Part shown: positions 34,744 to 44,977 of the stretch, piece after piece | Numbering within the stretch: position 1 is the first letter of the stretch | Layout: each line of letters begins with the position of its first letter | Assembly: GCA_030615175.1 (NCBI GenBank) | Contig: JAUWZX010000001.1 | Location: forward strand, 126,566 to 190,565 | DNA from: Candidatus Parvarchaeota archaeon | GTDB taxonomy: Archaea; Nanobdellota; Nanobdellia; WJKC01 | Direction of reading: 5' to 3' | Length of the DNA stretch: 64,000 bases | The notes under the pieces: model-generated | Told to the model about the DNA's origin: nothing | Databases searched by the model: none | What the model saw: the letters and a program-made list of their open reading frames with translations, nothing else | Program-made: the position numbers and the translations under genes

Positions 34744-35412
34744 ATGTTTAGTTTAATAATCCCTACGTATAATGAGGCTGAGAATATTGTTCCTTTACTT
34801 GATAGTGTTACTGCTATTCTTGAAGGGCTTGATTTTGAAGTAATTGTTGTTGATGATTATTCTCCTGATGAAACATACAAGAAGGTTGGTGAGTATCATG
34901 ATAGGGATTCGCGTGTTCGCTGTATTGTGCGCAAGTCAGATAAGGGTTTATCGTCGGCTGTTATTGCTGGTTTTAAGCGGGCTCGCGGTGATATTCTTGG
35001 AGTGATGGATGCTGATTTATCTCATAATCCTAGGATTCTTCCTAAACTCATTAATGGTGTTAATGATGGTTTTGACTTGGCTGTCGGTGTTCGCAGTGCT
35101 GTTGAGGGCTGGGGTGTTAAGCGTAAGTTGATTAGTAAGGGTGCTAAATTGCTTGCTAGATTGCTTGCTGGCGTTAAGTTGTCTGACCCGATGAGCGGTT
35201 ACTTCGTGCTTAAGCGTTCTGTTTTCGAGCGCGTTAAGGATGAGCTTAACCCTATTGGTTATAAAATTTTCTTGGAGATTTACGCGCGGGCCAGGCCTGT
35301 TAAAGTTTTTGAGGTTCCTTTCGTGTTCTCTGACCGCGTTGCCGGCGAGTCAAAGCTTGATTCAGGCGTCATGCTTGAGTACTTGAAGCAGTTATTCAGT
35401 TTGAGAACTTAG
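34744..35412 (+). CDS. Polyprenol monophosphomannose synthase (DPM1-like GT2)
   Basis: IIPTYNEAEN, VDDYSPD, GLSSAV..G, MDADLSH, DPMSGYF, GYKI.LE, R.AGESKL. Confidence 0.9.
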   Translation: MFSLIIPTYNEAENIVPLLDSVTAILEGLDFEVIVVDDYSPDETYKKVGEYHDRDSRVRCIVRKSDKGLSSAVIAGFKRARGDILGVMDADLSHNPRILPKLINGVNDGFDLAVGVRSAVEGWGVKRKLISKGAKLLARLLAGVKLSDPMSGYFVLKRSVFERVKDELNPIGYKIFLEIYARARPVKVFEVPFVFSDRVAGESKLDSGVMLEYLKQLFSLRT

Positions 35413-36966
35413 TTACTTTGCGAGCACTCCTACTTCTTCATTTTCATAAATTATTGAATAATTATACACCTCTAAATATATGTTAACATAATTAATCACG
35501 TCTTGCGTTCCAACATTATTAACTACTATGTAATTATAATTTAATAATTCATCATATAAGGTACCATCATGGAAGAATTTGGATGATGAATTCTCGTTAG
35601 CAACCACATGTTTTTTGTAAGTGAAGCATTTCCATTCATTGAAGCCGAGGAATGCATCGGAGTTAAGGAAGTAAATTGTTTCATTTTCAGGAATGTTTTC
35701 CCTAAGCCATAGTATAGCCTCGTATCGTTGATTATTCATTATTAAAGGTTTATTGTCAATAAATGATTGAATGTTTGTTATATCAATAATTAATATCATG
35801 ATTATTGCCCCCATAATCATTAAGTTTTTAATTATGCGCCGGGCTTTTACTTTTAATAATAGCATTAAACCTATTACTCCTGCAATGCTGAGTAATTGAG
35901 GTGTCTGGAATAACACTCTTCGGGGATAGCTTGAGAGTCCAATGAATTGCAGTAAGTAAAATATTGTTGGTCCTGAAAAGAAGAATAATAAGTTATTACC
36001 TGCTTTATTCTTTTTATAGATTTTATAAATTAATTGTATTAAAAAGATGATTGATAAAATTTTCAAAGGAAGTGAGATGTGATTATAAACTTCAACACCC
36101 CAACTATCGTGAGGAAAGTAAGTTTTTAGTAAATTAATGTCAAATAAAGCGGTTATTGGTGGAGAGGGTTCGTACCCGAGGTTTTGTTTAAAAATAAGTT
36201 TAAAGAATCTTATTAAGTAAATTGTTGATAATCCAAGTGATAAAATTATGCAGAGTATTACTTGTTTAAAATTAAATCTCTTCTTATACCAGAATTTATT
36301 TATTAAATAATAAATTATTAATCCAATTATGTAAACCCCAAAATATACTATGTAAGAATTGATTATTGCCCACAGCAGAAATGTAAGTATTAGGAGATTC
36401 TTTTTATTATTATTATTATTCAGTAACTTATGAGTGTATATTATTAGTAAGGGGTAAATAGTTATTGCTAAGCCATGCATGAATGCGCCTACTGCTATGC
36501 TAAAACTGTCTGCTGGATTTATTGCGTAAATTAATGATGCGATTAATGCTGTTTTCTTATTTTTTAAAAAATAATTAACAAAATAGTATATTGTGAAAAT
36601 ACCTAATGAGTAAAATAATGCTCCGCTAACCCATCCAACATTAATATCTTTAACAAATGGTGATATTAGTAAGTCTCCAAGAATGTATGATAATGGGGGG
36701 TTCATTTGGAACCACCAAACACGGTCATTAATTGATTCGCCGCTTAAATACCAATTCGGGATTGGTATAAAGTCAAGGTAAAATAATGAATTAAAATTTT
36801 CTAATGTGTTAAGAATGCTTAATGTGTGGCCAGCGTAGTCATGAAATATTTGCGGGTACCCGTTAAATAGTATGTAACTTAATCTCATGGAAAAAGCAAG
36901 GATAAATAGAGATACAAGTAGAGAGAAAGTTATTACATATTTCTTTCTAAACTTATGTATTATCAT
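35413..36966 (-). CDS. GT-C fold membrane glycosyltransferase-like protein
   Basis: Polytopic; first-loop HD..GH and NPPL; soluble C-terminal domain (EAILWLRENIP..YIVV..IYENEEV). Confidence 0.65.
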   Translation of the reverse strand: MIIHKFRKKYVITFSLLVSLFILAFSMRLSYILFNGYPQIFHDYAGHTLSILNTLENFNSLFYLDFIPIPNWYLSGESINDRVWWFQMNPPLSYILGDLLISPFVKDINVGWVSGALFYSLGIFTIYYFVNYFLKNKKTALIASLIYAINPADSFSIAVGAFMHGLAITIYPLLIIYTHKLLNNNNNKKNLLILTFLLWAIINSYIVYFGVYIIGLIIYYLINKFWYKKRFNFKQVILCIILSLGLSTIYLIRFFKLIFKQNLGYEPSPPITALFDINLLKTYFPHDSWGVEVYNHISLPLKILSIIFLIQLIYKIYKKNKAGNNLLFFFSGPTIFYLLQFIGLSSYPRRVLFQTPQLLSIAGVIGLMLLLKVKARRIIKNLMIMGAIIMILIIDITNIQSFIDNKPLIMNNQRYEAILWLRENIPENETIYFLNSDAFLGFNEWKCFTYKKHVVANENSSSKFFHDGTLYDELLNYNYIVVNNVGTQDVINYVNIYLEVYNYSIIYENEEVGVLAK

Positions 36967-37023
36967 AAAGCACTACTTCTTTTAGCTTCTTTAAATTTAA
37001 AATTCTTTGTCATGCTTGAGAAC

Positions 37024-38172
37024 TTAATGTGCTTCAATGCCTAGTTGTTCTGGGTGTTGTTTGAAGTATTCAACGCCTTCTTTTATTATCTGCGTTACTG
37101 GTCTTGTCGGTGACCATCCTACTTCTTTTCTTATTTTTTCATTGTTCCCTATTAGTAATGGCACTTCGCTTGGCCTCATCCTCTCTGAGTCTATCATTAT
37201 TTCAGCTTTAATATTCATTAATTGTTTTGTGAGTTGAGCGTAGTCAGCTATGCTTATTCCTTTGCCAGAGCATACATTGTATGGTTCTGCCTTTCTTCCT
37301 TTTTCAGCGCATAGTATGTAAGCGTTAACCGTGTCCTTGACGTGCGTGAAGTCCCTTATCGCGTTAGGGTTGCCTATTATTATTTCTTTTCTTAGTCCTT
37401 TCATTATTTCAACTGCTTGCCTGTGTATTACGCTTGTTACGAATTGTATTCCTCTTCTTGGTCCTTCATGATTGAATCCTCGTGTTATGATGCTTGGCAT
37501 TTTGTAGGAGCTCCAGTAGAGCCATGCTATTTGTTCTGTTGCGCATTTGGTTATTCCGTAAATGCTTCTTGGTCTGAACGGGTTCTTCTTTAAGTTTTCT
37601 ACTACCGGGACTTCTGATGGGTCTACTAGTCCGTATTCTTCGCTTGAGCATGCTACTTGTATTGTTTCTAGATTATTATTCACTCTTCTTGCTGCTTCGA
37701 AGATATTGATTGTTCCTTCTATGTTGTTGTGTGCTACTCTTGCTGGTTCCCTGAAGCTTGTTGGCACGAATGATTCTGCTGCTAGGTGGAATACATTGTG
37801 TGGTTTTATTTCTTCGAATACTTTTAGTATTCTTTCAGGGCTTGTTATGTCTGCTTCGTGCAGTGTTATTTTGTTTCTTATGTGTTCAATATTCCTGTGT
37901 ATTGGGACTGCGTGTCTTCTGATTGTTCCGTGCACTTCGCATCCTAGTTCTATTAGTCCTTCTGCTAGGTGGCTTCCAGCGAATCCGCTGATTCCTGTTA
38001 TTAGCACTCTTTTTCCTTGCCAGTGTTCTTTGCTTGGCTTTGCGCTCTCTCTTTCCTCGAATTCTTTTAAGTATTCTTTTATTTTTTCTGGTTTGATTAT
38101 GAATCCTTTGCTTTCTAATTCCTTTACTCTTGGATTTTCCTTTATTACTTCGCTTAATTTGAGTAGTTTCAT
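37024..38172 (-). CDS. gmd: GDP-mannose 4,6-dehydratase family
   Basis: LITGISGFAGSHL, HLAAESFV.TSF, CSSEEYG, PRSIYGITK, FNHEGPRRG..FVT, RDFT, RPSEV. Confidence 0.82.
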   Translation of the reverse strand: MKLLKLSEVIKENPRVKELESKGFIIKPEKIKEYLKEFEERESAKPSKEHWQGKRVLITGISGFAGSHLAEGLIELGCEVHGTIRRHAVPIHRNIEHIRNKITLHEADITSPERILKVFEEIKPHNVFHLAAESFVPTSFREPARVAHNNIEGTINIFEAARRVNNNLETIQVACSSEEYGLVDPSEVPVVENLKKNPFRPRSIYGITKCATEQIAWLYWSSYKMPSIITRGFNHEGPRRGIQFVTSVIHRQAVEIMKGLRKEIIIGNPNAIRDFTHVKDTVNAYILCAEKGRKAEPYNVCSGKGISIADYAQLTKQLMNIKAEIMIDSERMRPSEVPLLIGNNEKIRKEVGWSPTRPVTQIIKEGVEYFKQHPEQLGIEAH

Positions 38173-38263
38173 TTAATTTCACGAGTTATTAGGTGATATT
38201 TAATAATTTCTATTCTTGTTTGCATCCTAATCTTTTTTAAGTCATTCTTCTTCTCTTTTTTCT

Positions 38264-39496
38264 ATGCGTTACTTTAAGAGGACTCTTGTTGTTTTCATTA
38301 GTACTGCACTTTGCTTTTTATTTTCTTACCTTTTTCACTTTGTTCTTGGCAGGTTGCTTGGTCCTGAAGAGTATGGTCTTTTTGGTGTTGCCTTGAACAT
38401 GGTTTGGATTGTTGGTATTCCTGGCGTGGCAATTACTACTAGTCTTGTTAAGTATGCTTCAGAGTTCAAGGCGTTAAAGGAGTTTGGCAAGTTAAAGAGT
38501 CTTTTCTTGAGTTTTATTTGTTTTCAGTTAATATTTAATTTAGGTTTCATGTTGTTTTTTATTGGTTTTCGTTTCTTCTTAAGTGAGTCATTGGGTGGTG
38601 GTTTGGCTGATTTATTAATTGCTGCTGCTATTAGTCTGCCTTTTGCAGGTATTGCCAGTATTGTGTTAAATTATTTGCAGGGGATTCAAAGAATTTACTC
38701 TTTTTCCTTGGTTAATGCTTCATCAACCCTTTTTAAATTAATAATTGGGACTTTGCTTGTTCTTGCTGGTTTCGGTGCTTTCGGTGCTTTAACCAGTCTT
38801 ATTTTTTCAAGTATTGGTGTTATTATTTTAGGGTTTGTTTTCATTATTCCTGATTTGCGTGTTAAAGTTGAGAGGATTAATTATTCTCGTATCTTAAAGT
38901 TTGGTTTGCCTGTTTTATTCACTAATCTTTTTATTAATCTTATTTTATATTTTGATTTATTTTTTGTTAAGGTTTATCTTGGTGCTGCCAGTGCTGGTTA
39001 TTATGAGGCTGCGGTTGTTCTTTCTAGGGCTTTCCTGATGAGTTCTGCTGTTCTTGCTGTTTTCTTTCCTGAGTTTGCTAAGAATAAGGCATTGAAGAAT
39101 TTGAAGAAGCTTCGTTCTAATCTTAAGTGGGCTTTATTCTATACTAGTGGTATTTGTGTAGTTGGGTTGTTTGCTTATTTTTTATTCCCCTCCTTTATTA
39201 TTGAATTAACTTACTCTTCTGAATTCCTTCCTGCTGTTCCTTTGTTAATGGTTCTTGCTGTTGGTTATACTTTTTATTCGTTGTTTAATGTTGTATTATT
39301 TGCTCTTTGGAGTCTTGAGGAGCATAAAATTGTTGGAATGTTTGGGTTAACATTATTCATTTTTGATTTAGTGTTATTATCATTCTTTGTTCCAACGATT
39401 GGTGCAATTGCTGCTGCTTGGATTACAACTATTTTAATGATTGTTCTGTTTGTTTTCTCATGCTTGCTTGTTTTTGTTAAAATTCTTAGGAAATAA
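38264..39496 (+). CDS. Wzx/MOP-family oligosaccharide flippase
   Basis: About 12 TM; LGRLLGPEEYG, D.FFVK.YLG...AGYY.AA, GAIAAAW. Confidence 0.88.
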   Translation: MRYFKRTLVVFISTALCFLFSYLFHFVLGRLLGPEEYGLFGVALNMVWIVGIPGVAITTSLVKYASEFKALKEFGKLKSLFLSFICFQLIFNLGFMLFFIGFRFFLSESLGGGLADLLIAAAISLPFAGIASIVLNYLQGIQRIYSFSLVNASSTLFKLIIGTLLVLAGFGAFGALTSLIFSSIGVIILGFVFIIPDLRVKVERINYSRILKFGLPVLFTNLFINLILYFDLFFVKVYLGAASAGYYEAAVVLSRAFLMSSAVLAVFFPEFAKNKALKNLKKLRSNLKWALFYTSGICVVGLFAYFLFPSFIIELTYSSEFLPAVPLLMVLAVGYTFYSLFNVVLFALWSLEEHKIVGMFGLTLFIFDLVLLSFFVPTIGAIAAAWITTILMIVLFVFSCLLVFVKILRK

Positions 39497-39500
39497 TACT

Positions 39501-40013
39501 TTATTTAGCTCCAAATTTTATTAATTCATTTACTATGTAGGCATCTATTTTATGTCCATGGTGGAAAATAATTTTACCCGGCTTTATTAACTCAGTGATA
39601 ATTTTATCCGCTGCCTCATCAAGAGTAATTAATTCCATCACGCCGTAAGGTTTTATTATTCTTTCTTTAAACTTTTGGCACGGGCCTTTCCCAATTATTG
39701 TCGGAAACTTGATTATTTTATAATCAGAATGATGTTCCATGATGTAAGATTCTGCCATTATTTTGTATTTAAGATAAGGACTTTCATTTTCAGAAAGAGT
39801 CGAAGTGAATATGACTTTTTTATCTTTATTATTTGACACAAATTCAGTAAAATCATCATAGCATTTTCTTTGAGTTTCTTCAGACTTATCATCTATATTC
39901 CAAGTATGATAAATTAATACATCTTTGTTTATTTGAGGCAGTTTATCCATTTGAGACAATTTTTCTTCTAATTTAGTTCCCATTTGCCCCCTGCCATTAA
40001 TCAATTTAATCAT
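39501..40013 (-). CDS. Small NAD(P)-binding Rossmann/SDR-like protein
   Basis: INGRGQMG nucleotide-binding loop, IFTST, PYLKYK (YxxxK); only 170 aa. Confidence 0.65.
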   Translation of the reverse strand: MIKLINGRGQMGTKLEEKLSQMDKLPQINKDVLIYHTWNIDDKSEETQRKCYDDFTEFVSNNKDKKVIFTSTLSENESPYLKYKIMAESYIMEHHSDYKIIKFPTIIGKGPCQKFKERIIKPYGVMELITLDEAADKIITELIKPGKIIFHHGHKIDAYIVNELIKFGAK

Positions 40014-40903
40014 ACAAAGTCAATGTCCTCTATTTCTCTTAACTTGCTTATAAACTTATTAATCTCATGATTCTTGCAGCATATTTGGCATTCTGGAACT
40101 ACTTTAACAGATTCTGGTGCATTTGACATTATCTCAATAATAGAATCCTTATAGATGTTCCCTAAATTAAAATTCTTGTTTCCTTTATGGTAAGCGCAGA
40201 CATCAATGTCACCGTTTTGCCAGATAAATGGTACGAAGTGATAGCCTTCGCATAATCCATATGCCTTGTCTTTCTTTGCTTCTTTAAATTTATAATCAGT
40301 TAATAATAACAAGTTATCTTTAACCTCTATAGGTTTGATGAAAGTTTTTTCTCCATCTCCTTTTAATGCAGGTCTTACTTGGACGTAATCTAATTTATAT
40401 TTGTGCGCTATTTTTAATGCATTTTTTACTTCTTCTTCATCTCCTAAATAATTTATGCATAATCCAAATGTTTTACATTCTCTAAGTTTATTGAAGTTAT
40501 CTACATTCCAATCATTATTTGTTTTGCTAACTCTTACCCATTCAAAGTTTTTAGGACTATAATCTATTTTAGCTAATGCATTTGTAAACAGTCCTTGTTT
40601 TATTCCTTGTTTATTGCAGTAATCAGAAACTTCTTTGAATTTAGAGTAAAGCGTTGGTTCTCCGCCGCCAGTCCAGCTTATCGCCTTTGTTCCCATACTC
40701 TTAAGTTCGTCCATTAATCTTAATACTACTTTATATTCTAGTTCTTCATTGTCTCTATTATCACGGTAAAAACACCATGGACAGCTTGCATTGCACTTTC
40801 CTGTTAAACTTATTTCTACATTGATTGGTGCAACAAAGTTTCTATTTAAATATTCACTTAATTCTTTGTGCAATGCCAATTTAAAAGCTGGTGCAAATCT
40901 CAT
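40010..40903 (-). CDS. Radical SAM enzyme with SPASM/twitch domain
   Basis: CNASCPWC, TGGGEPT, TNA, C-terminal C..GDIDVC..LGNI..C..CC. Confidence 0.9.
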   Translation of the reverse strand: MRFAPAFKLALHKELSEYLNRNFVAPINVEISLTGKCNASCPWCFYRDNRDNEELEYKVVLRLMDELKSMGTKAISWTGGGEPTLYSKFKEVSDYCNKQGIKQGLFTNALAKIDYSPKNFEWVRVSKTNNDWNVDNFNKLRECKTFGLCINYLGDEEEVKNALKIAHKYKLDYVQVRPALKGDGEKTFIKPIEVKDNLLLLTDYKFKEAKKDKAYGLCEGYHFVPFIWQNGDIDVCAYHKGNKNFNLGNIYKDSIIEIMSNAPESVKVVPECQICCKNHEINKFISKLREIEDIDFV

Positions 40904-41053
40904 TAAATTACCTCACGCATTTAAGACTACTTTACCAGTATAATACTATTTATATTTTGTGTTAACCTTTTTAAGTAAATCGCCTTTATATTGTTTATTT
41001 TTATAGTCTAAAAAAGGCAAATTTATAAATAACTATTTGCCTGTTTTAATTTA

Positions 41054-41779
41054 ATGGAAGGTTTAAGTGTAATAATGCCTGCTTATAATGAAGCAGAAAG
41101 AGTTATTAATTCTCTCCGCGAGTCTATTAAGATTTTTAAGTCCATTAAAATGCCTTTTGAAGTCATTGTTATAAATGATGGTTCAAAGGATAATACTGCT
41201 AAATTAGTTCGCAAGTTTTCAAAGAAAAATAAAAGTGTAAAACTTGTTTCTTACCGTAAGAATAAAGGCAAAGGTTATGCCTTGCGTCATGCATTTAAGT
41301 ATACTAAGATGGATTTAATTACTTTTATTGATGCTGATTTAGAATTGCATCCTGAGCAGTTAAGGAATTTCCTGAAAATTATGGGAAAAAATAATTGTGA
41401 TGTTGTTATTGGTAGCAAGCGTCACCCAGACTCAAAGCTTTATTATCCTTGGCATCGTAAGTTTTTATCTTATAGTTATTATTTATTAAATAGAGTTCTT
41501 TTTGGTCTTCCTTTAAAGGATACCCAGGCGGGTCTTAAATTATTCAAAAAAAAAGTATTGGATGATGTTTTCCCAAGAATTGTTATTAAGGGCTATGCGT
41601 TTGATTTAGAAATACTTGTCTTAGCACACAAACTTGGTTATAAAATTATTGAGGCTCCAATAAAACTTGATTTTAAACGTTCAGCAAGTCGCATTAAATT
41701 AAAACAAATTAAGGACATAGCGCTTGATACTGCCGGAATTTTTTATAGATTATACATTTTGAAGTATTATGATAGGTGA
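41054..41779 (+). CDS. GT2 polyprenol-phosphate glucosyltransferase-like
   Basis: MPAYNEA, NDGSKD, NKGKGYA, FIDADL, DTQAGLK, AFDLEIL. Confidence 0.88.
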   Translation: MEGLSVIMPAYNEAERVINSLRESIKIFKSIKMPFEVIVINDGSKDNTAKLVRKFSKKNKSVKLVSYRKNKGKGYALRHAFKYTKMDLITFIDADLELHPEQLRNFLKIMGKNNCDVVIGSKRHPDSKLYYPWHRKFLSYSYYLLNRVLFGLPLKDTQAGLKLFKKKVLDDVFPRIVIKGYAFDLEILVLAHKLGYKIIEAPIKLDFKRSASRIKLKQIKDIALDTAGIFYRLYILKYYDR

Positions 41780-41784
41780 TTTAA

Positions 41785-42720
41785 TTGAAGTTTTCAATAA
41801 TTATTCCATGCAAAGAAGATTCAGATTACTTGCGCGAGTGTATAAAGAATATTAAGAAAATGAATTTCAAGAACCACGAAGTGATTGTTATCCCTAATAA
41901 GAAAATTTATCTTAAAGGCGTTAAAGTTATCCCATTATCTGCTGGGCCTGCTGAGAAGCGTGACTTAGGTGCTGAAAAAGCAAGGGGTGAATACTTAGCT
42001 TTTATAGATGATGACGCTTATCCTCATAAATACTGGCTAAAGAACGCATTAAAATACTTGAAAGGAAAAGTTGTTGCACTAGGAGGTCCTCAAATAACTC
42101 CTGAAAGTGATTCATTACTGCAGAAAGCATCTGGTCAGGTTCTCTCTTCACGACTTGTTGGAGGCTTACGAGCTCGTTATGAGAGTTTAAGCAAGTCTTT
42201 TTTCATTGATGACTGGCCTACTGTTAATTTCATTATCAAACGTAGTGTTTTCTTAAAACTCGGCGGGTTTGACACTCATTATTATCCTGGAGAAGATACT
42301 AAATTATGTCTTGACTTAATTAATTCAGGTTATAGAATTAGTTATGCTCCTGACTGCATTGTTTATCATCACAGGCGCTTTTTATTCAAGCCGCATATTA
42401 AACAGATTTCTAATTATGGCTTACATAGAGGATTTTTTGTTAAGAAATTCCCTAAAACAAGTTTTAAAATTACTTACTTTGCTCCTTCATTATTAGTTAT
42501 TGGTTTGTTTTTAGGGTTAATACTATCATTTTTTTCAAGTACTTTCTTAGCAATTTACTTACTAGCGTTAGCATCTTATTTTTTAATTTGTTTTCTTGCA
42601 TCTTTGAACACAAAGAATTTAAAATTAACCTTTTTAACAACTTTAGGAATAATTACAACACATTTATTCTACGGCATTAACTTTATTAGAGGATTATTAG
42701 TTGGAGGTTTATTAAGATGA
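41785..42720 (+). CDS. GT2 glycosyltransferase with C-terminal TM helices
   Basis: FSIIIP, AFIDDD, GGFD...GED, VYHHRR; TTG start with AGGTGA RBS. Confidence 0.87.
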   Translation: MKFSIIIPCKEDSDYLRECIKNIKKMNFKNHEVIVIPNKKIYLKGVKVIPLSAGPAEKRDLGAEKARGEYLAFIDDDAYPHKYWLKNALKYLKGKVVALGGPQITPESDSLLQKASGQVLSSRLVGGLRARYESLSKSFFIDDWPTVNFIIKRSVFLKLGGFDTHYYPGEDTKLCLDLINSGYRISYAPDCIVYHHRRFLFKPHIKQISNYGLHRGFFVKKFPKTSFKITYFAPSLLVIGLFLGLILSFFSSTFLAIYLLALASYFLICFLASLNTKNLKLTFLTTLGIITTHLFYGINFIRGLLVGGLLR

Positions 42721-44168
42721 AAGTGTTAATCACAGCACCTCCATTAAAGGGTCCAGGAATGCCTCAGTTAGGTCAGAATAGGCAATTCCAGTGGTTTGAT
42801 AATTGCTCTGCCATTTACCCAGTTGTTCCTGCTTACGCAGCAACAATGCTTAAACAGGTAGGTTACAATGTTCACTGGCTTGATGCAATTGTTGAAGGCA
42901 AGTCTTATGCAGAGTTTAAGTCTTATTTTAAGAAGTTAAGCCCCGACTTAACTACTTTTGAAACAAAAACTCCTGTTATTGAACAGCACTGGAAAATAAT
43001 TGATAACTTAAAAAAGATTAATCCAAAATGTAAGGTAGTCTTGTTCGGCGACCACGTTACCGCAATCCCTAAAGAATCATTTAAGCACTCAAAAGTTGAT
43101 TACGTCTTAACTGGTGGTGATTACGATTTTTTACTAGTTAATCTTTGTAATCATTTGTCAAGAAAGGAAAAACTTGAACCAGGGATTTATTACAGGAAAG
43201 GAAGAAGGATTTTATCAACCGGCAAGTTCAAACTTAATCACAACTTAAATTCACTACCATTTATTAACAGGGAGTTAACTAAGTGGGAGAATTATGCTTA
43301 TGACAATGGAAACTACAGGAGTCTGCCTGGAACTTATACAATGGCTGGCCGTGACTGCTGGTGGCATAAATGTACTTTTTGTTCATGGCCAACTCTTTAC
43401 CCGCGCTTTAGGGTAAGGAAGCCAGAACTTCTTGTTGAGGAGATTAAGCACTTGGTTAATAATTACGGAGTCCGCGAAGTTATGGATGACACTGGAACCT
43501 TTCCTGTTGGTCTCTGGCTTAAAAAATTCTGCAAATTAATGATTAAATCAGGATTGAATAGGAAAGTGCGTATTAATTGTAATATGCGCTTTGGCAAATT
43601 AAAACAAGAGGATTATAAGTTAATGCGCAAGGCAGGTTTCCGCTTTTTGTTATTTGGTCTTGAGAGTGCTAATCAGAAGACACTTAATAGATTGAATAAG
43701 GGTATTAAAGTTAATGACATAATTAGTGGCTGTGAGTGGGCTAAGAAAGCAGGATTGAACCCTCACATTACTTGTATGATTGGTTATCCATGGGAGTCGT
43801 ATAAAGATGCGGAGAATACTATTTCACTTGCTAAGAAATTATTTAATAATGGTTGGGTTGACACTCTTCAAGCAACTATTGTAATACCCTATCCGGGCGC
43901 TCCTTTATATAAAGAGTGCAAAAAGAAGGATTTATTGGTGTACAATGGCTATTCTCAGTGGAAATACTATGACATGCGCAGAAATGTTATGAAATCCGAA
44001 TTAAGCGAGGAACAGATTAAAGCATTTACTCGCGAGTTATACAAAGCATTCTTTTCACTAAGGTATGTGATTAGAAAGTTTTTAGAGATTAGAGGAATTG
44101 ATGATATTAAATTCATTATGCGGGGAGTTAAGCAAGTATTCAAGCACTTAACTGATTTTGGAGGTTAA
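42717..44168 (+). CDS. B12-binding radical SAM protein (HpnJ-like motif)
   Basis: N-terminal cobalamin-binding domain (FGDHVT), GRDCWWHKCTFCSWP (CX4CX2C), FGLES, MIGYPWE, PYPG. Confidence 0.88.
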   Translation: MKVLITAPPLKGPGMPQLGQNRQFQWFDNCSAIYPVVPAYAATMLKQVGYNVHWLDAIVEGKSYAEFKSYFKKLSPDLTTFETKTPVIEQHWKIIDNLKKINPKCKVVLFGDHVTAIPKESFKHSKVDYVLTGGDYDFLLVNLCNHLSRKEKLEPGIYYRKGRRILSTGKFKLNHNLNSLPFINRELTKWENYAYDNGNYRSLPGTYTMAGRDCWWHKCTFCSWPTLYPRFRVRKPELLVEEIKHLVNNYGVREVMDDTGTFPVGLWLKKFCKLMIKSGLNRKVRINCNMRFGKLKQEDYKLMRKAGFRFLLFGLESANQKTLNRLNKGIKVNDIISGCEWAKKAGLNPHITCMIGYPWESYKDAENTISLAKKLFNNGWVDTLQATIVIPYPGAPLYKECKKKDLLVYNGYSQWKYYDMRRNVMKSELSEEQIKAFTRELYKAFFSLRYVIRKFLEIRGIDDIKFIMRGVKQVFKHLTDFGG

Positions 44169-44170
44169 AA

Positions 44171-44977
44171 ATGAATCTATTAGTGTCTGTTATAATAACT
44201 ACAAAAAATGAGGAAAGAAATATTATTAATTGTCTTAAATCAATTAAGAAGCAGTCTTATAAAAATATTGAAATCATTGTTGTTGATAATAATTCAACTG
44301 ATAAGACTAAGCAATTTACAAGGAAATTCACTAAAAAAGTATATAATAAAGGGCCTGAGCGCTCTGCGCAGAGGAATTATGGTGTGAGTAAATCCAAAGG
44401 GTCATGGATTCTTTACTTGGATGCTGATATGATATTATCACGCAATGTAGTTAAGGACTGCGTTAATAACATAAAAACAAGAATTGTAGGAATGTATCTT
44501 CCTGAGATTATTATTGGCGATTCTTATTGGTCTAAAGTTAGGCGTTTTGAGCGTTCTTTTTATGATGGAACAGTAATTGACTGCGTCCGTTTTGTTAGAA
44601 AATCAGTTTTCAATAAGATTGGAGGTTTTGATTTAAACTTAACAGGACCTGAGGACTGGGATTTCGATAAGAAGGTAAGGAATGAGGGTGGTGTTCTTCT
44701 TGTTAATGAGCCATTGTATCATAATGAGTCAGAATTTAATATTAGTAATTACTTATGTAAAAAGGCTTATTATTCTAATACAATGAATGTTTATGTTAAG
44801 AAGTGGGGTCCTGATGATGGGGACATTAGGAGGCAATTAGGTGCTTATTATCGTTTATTTAAAGTTTTTGTTGAGGATGGTAAGTGGAGGAGATTATTAA
44901 GGAATCCATTACTTGCTTTAGGTATGTATTATCTGAAGTTTAGAGTAGGATTTAATTATTGGAGGAGTAAGAAATGA
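44171..44977 (+). CDS. GT2 glycosyltransferase
   Basis: VSVIITTKNEE, VVDNNSTD, ERSAQRN.G, LDADM, GGFD...GPEDWD. Confidence 0.9.
   Translation: MNLLVSVIITTKNEERNIINCLKSIKKQSYKNIEIIVVDNNSTDKTKQFTRKFTKKVYNKGPERSAQRNYGVSKSKGSWILYLDADMILSRNVVKDCVNNIKTRIVGMYLPEIIIGDSYWSKVRRFERSFYDGTVIDCVRFVRKSVFNKIGGFDLNLTGPEDWDFDKKVRNEGGVLLVNEPLYHNESEFNISNYLCKKAYYSNTMNVYVKKWGPDDGDIRRQLGAYYRLFKVFVEDGKWRRLLRNPLLALGMYYLKFRVGFNYWRSKK

Noticed and set aside
36404..36420. (TTA)n run encoding NNNNN in a membrane protein
   Set aside because: A short in-frame triplet run in very AT-rich DNA; no evidence of phase variation
42717..44168. Hopanoid biosynthesis from the HpnJ-like motif
   Set aside because: No squalene-hopene cyclase or other hpn genes, and the context is archaeal; the similarity only suggests related chemistry
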